DNA of 64,000 nt from a virus: the IMG/VR virus record IMGVR_UViG_3300007523_000008, positions 1-64,000 of that record; one strand, written 5' to 3'. The first letter of the stretch is position 1, and the number at the start of each line of letters is the position of its first letter. The translations under genes were made by a program, and so were the position numbers. The notes under the pieces are model-generated. The model worked only from the letters and a program-made list of their open reading frames with translations, made no database searches and was not told the DNA's origin. Of the stretch, positions 58,832 through 64,000 are shown piece after piece.

Positions 58832-60376
58832 TTACTTTCCATCCTTTCCCGGTGCCCCACCGGCGCCGACGGTAAATACTCTCTTACTCATAATTCTTGG
58901 AAGCGTATCTCGTAACTCTTCAAGCTTTTCTCTGAGGTCTACAAGCGCGTCTATTTGGGCTGTAATCATGTCGGCTGATGTTTCAGCTGTTGTTCCTGTG
59001 TTTCCAGCCTCCGATATATGAGTATGGCTTCTCAAGGATTGTGCAAGTGCAATCTGCATATCAATTCCCGTTATCATGAAATTGCACATTGCGAACAACC
59101 ACAAGGATGTTGTCCTACCCAATAATATCGGTTCATTTTCTTCGTTAAATTCTCCCAAGAATAACTTTGGAGCGTTCAAGGACATAACCATATTAGAGGT
59201 CAATATTAACTCCTTCAAAGCATCAACTGTATATCTGTCTTCCGTGGTAGAAACCATTTGTTTTTTTGAGTCAACCGTAAATTCGTCGTCGGTCACTATA
59301 GCAAATCTTTTCTTAGAATAGTGGAAAGATTCACCAGCCTTAGAAGAGAAAATTAGTCTGTCGCTGTTTATTACAATTTGGTCGCCGGATAATTCTGGGG
59401 TTTTATAGTCAGTCTTCTTTTTTGGTAAAAATATAGACTGTTCATTTTCTTTTCCCTTTTGAAATAAATTCATTTCAATCGTTGGAAAAAATTTTGTTAT
59501 AGTTTTTCCCGACGTAAATTGTATAGACGATCCATCTTTATTTATATCTTCGAGAGTATAGCCCTTATTAAATTTTCCCGGATTTCCATCCATACTCTCC
59601 ACAGCAGGTTGCCTATTTCGGATAAATATCATTGGATTTCCACCACCATCGTAATAATCATTTAATCCGGAATCATTCTCTCTGATATCATCGTAGGCGC
59701 CGAATCGAATTGAAGATCCAAACCGCGATTCTATAACCGTGTCGCCTTCAAATCTTCTTATCGCGCGAATTCTGTGGTTGTATTTAAAATACCTGCCCAA
59801 TGCTCCCATATTAACATCCTCAACCTTATTGGCCGCTAACTCAGATGTTGGTCCTTCGAATTTTTTATCTGAATTTTCCTCGGTATTCCCTATGGTTAAT
59901 CCATACACTCTTTCAATGTTTATATCCGCATTGGCGTTTAACATTGAGTTAATGTTTATCTTACGGGTATAGTAATATGCATCAAGATATTTTACAACAG
60001 CTACAACTTCATTAACCAGTGGAAATTCAGTTAAACCTGTGTTTTCTAATGGATACGCCCAACCAAGCAACTCTTTGTCGGCGCCGGTCTGACTGTACAA
60101 CATTCGTACTTTAACTCGACCTATCCAAGAGAAATCTGGGTCAGTGAACTCCGGAGAAGAACCATCAGCGTTGGGTGGATAAGTGTCAACATCCAACGTT
60201 TTCCCTTTGAAGCTCGGATGGGATTCGTCAAGGATTACATCAAGAACTACAGCGGGCTCAAATTCGTAGAATAAAGAAAGCTCAGGCTTTCTATCCATTC
60301 CAGCACGACGTGACATAAGATAGTCATCTTGTTTAGCCACACTCTCATTTCGTCGTTGTATCTTTACGTAAGACAT
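58832..60376 (-). CDS. Baseplate central spike, gp5 / gpV-like
   Basis: OB-fold-like GRVKVRM...FPLVNEVV; EGDTVIESRFGSSIRFG; GDQIVINSDRL; C-terminal HTH (H-x-H); lies near gp25 and gp6. Confidence 0.7.
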   Translation of the reverse strand: MSYVKIQRRNESVAKQDDYLMSRRAGMDRKPELSLFYEFEPAVVLDVILDESHPSFKGKTLDVDTYPPNADGSSPEFTDPDFSWIGRVKVRMLYSQTGADKELLGWAYPLENTGLTEFPLVNEVVAVVKYLDAYYYTRKININSMLNANADINIERVYGLTIGNTEENSDKKFEGPTSELAANKVEDVNMGALGRYFKYNHRIRAIRRFEGDTVIESRFGSSIRFGAYDDIRENDSGLNDYYDGGGNPMIFIRNRQPAVESMDGNPGKFNKGYTLEDINKDGSSIQFTSGKTITKFFPTIEMNLFQKGKENEQSIFLPKKKTDYKTPELSGDQIVINSDRLIFSSKAGESFHYSKKRFAIVTDDEFTVDSKKQMVSTTEDRYTVDALKELILTSNMVMSLNAPKLFLGEFNEENEPILLGRTTSLWLFAMCNFMITGIDMQIALAQSLRSHTHISEAGNTGTTAETSADMITAQIDALVDLREKLEELRDTLPRIMSKRVFTVGAGGAPGKDGK

Positions 60377-60798
60377 TAGGCAGAATCCTTTTTAATCTTT
60401 TCTTTAATATCTTTTATTTTAGTAGAGTGGTCAGGAACTTTCGACTCCATCTCCTTGACAGCTTCCTCAACAGATTCCATCAATTGTTTTTTCTCATCCT
60501 CAGTTAGCGTAAGACCGCCAGCGGAATCCTCGCCCGCAGCCTTTCCACTGATGATACGTTGTATAATGGCGGCTAACTTTACCAGTTGGTCGTCATTTTT
60601 TATACTGACGTCGTAATAATCTTTCAACAGTGGAATGACCATAACAGCCTCTGGAATGGTTTTAATCATTCCACGAAGGTCTGATATTAGGATATCGACC
60701 TGATTACGCTTGTCTTCGGAATTCGTCACAATATCCTTACACAACGATGCGAAGGACTTGCCTTTATACAATTCAAAATCTACACTTTCTTTACTCAT
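60376..60798 (-). CDS. Hypothetical helical protein
   Basis: 140 aa; KNDDQLVKLAAIIQR, LTEDEKKQL. Confidence 0.7.
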   Translation of the reverse strand: MSKESVDFELYKGKSFASLCKDIVTNSEDKRNQVDILISDLRGMIKTIPEAVMVIPLLKDYYDVSIKNDDQLVKLAAIIQRIISGKAAGEDSAGGLTLTEDEKKQLMESVEEAVKEMESKVPDHSTKIKDIKEKIKKDSA

Positions 60799-60827
60799 AT
60801 GTATAATTATTAGTCAGGCCGACTAAT

Positions 60828-61739
60828 TTATGAGTCCATTTTAATCGATCCGGTGGTCAAATACTCTTCTAGGATGAGTGCCTGAGCATCCTTCATGCGA
60901 TTTATGACCTTGGTAATATGTTGAGTTTGACAGTCGGCGATTTCTCTGATGTAAAGATATAATGCTTTTTTATTGAATACATCAATACGCTCCGCGTTTC
61001 TAAAAATTTCAATTACACCATTGGCTATCTGTAAATCTCTTTCCTTATTGAAATATTTTCCTACATTTTTATCCCAAAATTTTACCATTAGTTTTATGAA
61101 CTCCCGCGTTTCATTCTCACGTTTCTGGTGTTCTGGTTCAACTAAGAATTCACCAATCTCTCCGGGTTGTTCACTGATGGTGGTGTGTTTCTTAAAGCGT
61201 CGGTAGTTATTGTTGTTCTCCAAAATGAACCAATGTTTGGCTACAATTGAAAAATAACTGAAGGCCTTACCTTTTTCGCGTTCATACTTCTCCATATTAG
61301 CCACCATATGAGAGACAGCTTCTTCTTGAACCTTCAATGGGCTAACTTCATTGTAGCTGAATTTGAAAGTATTGAATATGTTTTCAGCAATTTTTTCGAA
61401 AGCATATCGTATACGTTCATTGTAAATTGTATTTTTCTCACGAGCATCGTGAGTTTGATTGTATTCTACAATTGCATTTTCTGTCTCTTTGGTAAAATAC
61501 ATAATTGCACCAGTTCCTCTTTTTACTCTAGCGGTCTTTTCGGCTGGTCTTGTCTCTACGAGAGCTGATCTCGCTACAACGATTGGTTTAGATTTTACAA
61601 CGATTGGTTTAGATTTTACAACCTTAACACTCTTTTCAACTTTTTTTGGTTTTTTTAGTTTTTTTGTCAATACCTTAGTGAGAGGCCTTTTTACTTTGTT
61701 TTTCTTTTTCGTCCTCTTTGGGGCAAGTGTTTTTGGCAT
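60828..61739 (-). CDS. Late-transcription sigma factor, gp55-like, with a Lys-rich N-terminal tail
   Basis: YFTKETENAIVEY, KIAENI, KYEREKGKAFSYFSIVAKHWFI (region-2-like, compare gp55 PFAYFT). Confidence 0.6.
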   Translation of the reverse strand: MPKTLAPKRTKKKNKVKRPLTKVLTKKLKKPKKVEKSVKVVKSKPIVVKSKPIVVARSALVETRPAEKTARVKRGTGAIMYFTKETENAIVEYNQTHDAREKNTIYNERIRYAFEKIAENIFNTFKFSYNEVSPLKVQEEAVSHMVANMEKYEREKGKAFSYFSIVAKHWFILENNNNYRRFKKHTTISEQPGEIGEFLVEPEHQKRENETREFIKLMVKFWDKNVGKYFNKERDLQIANGVIEIFRNAERIDVFNKKALYLYIREIADCQTQHITKVINRMKDAQALILEEYLTTGSIKMDS

Positions 61740-61741
61740 AA

Positions 61742-61993
61742 TTATTTTACCTTCTGGTTAAACTCATCGGATATTCTTAAAAGTTCTGAAAATACAAATC
61801 CTACATCATCGTCTTTTTCGAAGATGTTTCTTTCGTCGACCTGTTTTAATCTTACATAGGTATTCTGAATCTCGTCACCGAAGTGTTGAACCCACTCCTC
61901 ATACACTTCCAATTTACGTGTCTGATTAATGACTAGGTAAGTTAAAACTGCCACCGCCATCACTAAAATTCCAATTATAATATACTCAATCAT
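61742..61993 (-). CDS. Small membrane-anchored protein
   Basis: N-terminal TM segment; FEKDDDVGFVF. Confidence 0.7.
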   Translation of the reverse strand: MIEYIIIGILVMAVAVLTYLVINQTRKLEVYEEWVQHFGDEIQNTYVRLKQVDERNIFEKDDDVGFVFSELLRISDEFNQKVK

Positions 61994-62180
61994 TGTCGTC
62001 CTCCGTTGTTTCTTCGTCTCTGGATGAGACGTAATCTAATTTTTCATCTATATCAAGCTCTTCATTTATAATCTCAACAACACTAATTACCTCAGACCAT
62101 TCCTTGTGCTTGATTGCGTATTTCAACACGTCTTTGATTTCAACCAAAAATTCTTCAGCGTTTGTCATAGTAGTTTCCAC
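61986..62180 (-). CDS. Small acidic hypothetical protein
   Basis: 64-aa ORF overlapping its neighbours in the operon. Confidence 0.55.
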   Translation of the reverse strand: METTMTNAEEFLVEIKDVLKYAIKHKEWSEVISVVEIINEELDIDEKLDYVSSRDEETTEDDND

Positions 62181-62785
62181 CCTTCTTTCTCTATAAATTC
62201 TAAAGCGTGTTTATACTTTAAATACTTCGTATCTTCCCCGCGTCCAATCATGACCTTATCGTTTCTGCCGTACTTGGTGCCGGCTTTCTTTGGTGGAAGA
62301 ATCACGCGAATTCCATCATCAATCATAAGCCGTCCACACAAATGATCTATTTCATGCTGAACACATACTGTCTCAAGCAGGCCAACATCGGACCCGACCG
62401 ACTCATTCGTTACGGGAGAAATGTCCGCTGCAAATGGAATTGGATTCGCGTGATTCAACGTGTTGACGACTACCTTTGTCGATCTCATCGTTGAGGATCT
62501 TTTTCCCGGAAGACTTAGACACCCCTCTGTGTATATTACTTTCTCCGGGCCCCGCTCAACCACGGATGGGTTTATTAGAATGATTGGCGGCTCATCCTTT
62601 TTAGCTCTAATAATTGAAACGCTCTTAGGAATACCAATTTGATTAGCGGACAGTCCGATTCCAAATTTTATTTCACCGAGGGCTTCAATCAGTTTATTTG
62701 CGATTTCCATTCCCTCTTCAACAGTTTGAACTGGAGTTGTCGGGCGGTGTAAATGGTCTTTGTTCGTGACAATTTTGTATTTCAT
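62165..62785 (-). CDS. def: Peptide deformylase
   Basis: GIGLSANQIG, EGCLS and QHEIDHL; probable start MKYKIV at 62785. Confidence 0.95.
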   Translation of the reverse strand: MKYKIVTNKDHLHRPTTPVQTVEEGMEIANKLIEALGEIKFGIGLSANQIGIPKSVSIIRAKKDEPPIILINPSVVERGPEKVIYTEGCLSLPGKRSSTMRSTKVVVNTLNHANPIPFAADISPVTNESVGSDVGLLETVCVQHEIDHLCGRLMIDDGIRVILPPKKAGTKYGRNDKVMIGRGEDTKYLKYKHALEFIEKEGWKLL

Positions 62786-62801
62786 ATTGATTGCTCTCTT
62801 A

Positions 62802-62831
62802 GATATATACACTTAGAAAACTTTTTGTCAA
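62802..62831 (-). promoter_or_regulatory. Possible sigma70-type promoter upstream of def
   Basis: TTGACA at 62831-62826 followed 16-18 nt later by TATATA/TATATC; the -10 box is imperfect. Confidence 0.4.
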
Positions 62832-63032
62832 TATATAAGAACTATTATCTCGTTGGGGCGTGGAATATTTCGTGGTCGCGCAACCCGTGATTATCTTTTG
62901 CAAGTTGTCTTTGAGGTGGTGGATTTGAAATAATACTCACGTCTATTGGTATATCGATTGGAGATGATTCGTTCGTTGGAGCCGCCGGTTCCACCGACAA
63001 TTTCAGGGGAGCTATCTCCACCACCTCACTCT

Positions 63033-63899
63033 TTACTTTTTTTTTTCTTCTTCAAGTGAGGTTTCACTTGGAACTATAACTGTTTCATCTTTTATAGATG
63101 GTTCTTTATAGATTGCAACGTTGTAGGCGATAATTAAACAGATTGCTAGAGGGTCAAATACCAAAATAATTCCCAAGATAAAATACTTTACCGTTGTCGT
63201 TAAATCTAATCCGAGGGCGTCGGCTACAAACTTGAATGTAATGACGTCTTTTGTTTTTATCATTTCTAACTTTGCGTCGGAAACCTTCTTATCAAATTCA
63301 AACGAATTAGTCAAAATCCCAGCATAACGAGTTTTTTCATTAGTAATTTCTCTTTCGGTTTGGGAAATGAGGTCGGTGTTTTGCTGCTGTAACTGACGTA
63401 ATTGTGTTGGATTCCTCAAAAGAGTCTGATTATTTAAGGTATCGTTGTAACGTTGTTCTTGGTCACGTCTATTCTTTAGCAAATCATCAATTCTTTCTTT
63501 TGAGATATTAATCTGGCCTTGTAACTGAGATTTCTGCTCAACCATTACTTCAATCCGCTGTTGATTTATTTCATATTGCAGTGCAGAACTCTGATAAGCG
63601 GAGCTCAACCAACCAAAAATACCCAAGGATGTTATAGCCATTAATGCTATAATAGCAATTGCTAAATAAACCTTTAAGAATTTTTTAGTCTTATTCCAAT
63701 AACGGTAGAGAAACGTTGTAGCAGTTAATTTACCAAATTCAAGAGACATCGCCATTAAGATGGCTGAAATTGTTGCTCCGGAGAACAACATCCCAATACC
63801 AGCGACGGAGAAGAAGGCGGCACATCCTGCAACAAATATTGCAGAAAAACCTAAAATGAGGGGAAAGAATTTTTCGTTATTAAAATGGAATTTCATCAT
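63033..63899 (-). CDS. Multi-TM membrane protein with a central coiled coil; possible -1 frameshift extension to 62845
   Basis: Three N-terminal TM segments, LEFGKL, TSLGIFGWLS, VFDPLAICL; ends GAA AAA AAA AAG TAA. Confidence 0.8.
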   Translation of the reverse strand: MMKFHFNNEKFFPLILGFSAIFVAGCAAFFSVAGIGMLFSGATISAILMAMSLEFGKLTATTFLYRYWNKTKKFLKVYLAIAIIALMAITSLGIFGWLSSAYQSSALQYEINQQRIEVMVEQKSQLQGQINISKERIDDLLKNRRDQEQRYNDTLNNQTLLRNPTQLRQLQQQNTDLISQTEREITNEKTRYAGILTNSFEFDKKVSDAKLEMIKTKDVITFKFVADALGLDLTTTVKYFILGIILVFDPLAICLIIAYNVAIYKEPSIKDETVIVPSETSLEEEKKK

Positions 63900-64000
63900 G
63901 AATTACTCTTAAATATTCTTCTGGTGGAGTTTTTGGGTTCCGTATATACATATTTTTTATAATATTTAGGTATTTCTTGAAATCTGGACCCGGTTCTAGT
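63880..64000 (-). CDS. 3' end of an upstream gene (C-terminus resembles CCA-adding / poly(A) polymerase tails)
   Basis: Reads LEPGPDFKKYLNIIKNMYIRNPKTPPEEYLRVIHDEIPF*. Confidence 0.35.
   Translation of the reverse strand, partial: LEPGPDFKKYLNIIKNMYIRNPKTPPEEYLRVIHDEIPF

Noticed and set aside
1-64000. Stop-codon reassignment as seen in some jumbo phages
   Set aside because: Core genes are full length under the standard code, and TAA, TGA and TAG all terminate genes.
1-64000. tRNA or rRNA genes; tail sheath and tube genes
   Set aside because: None were recognised in this window; intergenic gaps are short and show no cloverleaf.

Overview
This window is a 64 kb segment of a large T4-like (myovirus, probably jumbo) phage genome, covering the virion morphogenesis region, with almost all genes on the minus strand. 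It encodes collagen-like and Ser-rich tail fibres, neck and tail-terminator proteins (gp13/14/15-like), major capsid (gp23), scaffold, prohead protease (gp21), portal (gp20, with an intein), large terminase (gp17) and baseplate proteins (gp6, gp25, gp5/gpV-like, gp7-like). It also encodes a fused SbcD-SbcC, a primase, a RuvC-like resolvase, a gp55-like sigma factor, peptide deformylase, FeoA and five free-standing homing-endonuclease-like genes. Points of most interest: (1) a 959-aa protein fusing three unrelated nucleotidyltransferase folds (ligase-like, HIGH, Pol-beta); (2) a Pro1/Cys-F4 (class-3-like, non-WCT) intein in the portal; (3) a repeated ATATTTATA motif, the reverse complement of the T4 late promoter, often 3-4 nt before start codons, suggesting leaderless late transcripts; (4) a shared K-L-x-x-L-[IL]-x-E helix that may mark head-packaged cargo, including the lysozyme; (5) an [ST]-[GASQ]-S tripeptide that pervades virion proteins; (6) three frame breaks, one at a dnaX-type A10-G site; (7) two nuclease plus Mom/GNAT-like fusions flanking the capsid operon. 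All family assignments come from motif recognition by eye; no searches were run. No tRNA, rRNA or CRISPR array was seen.
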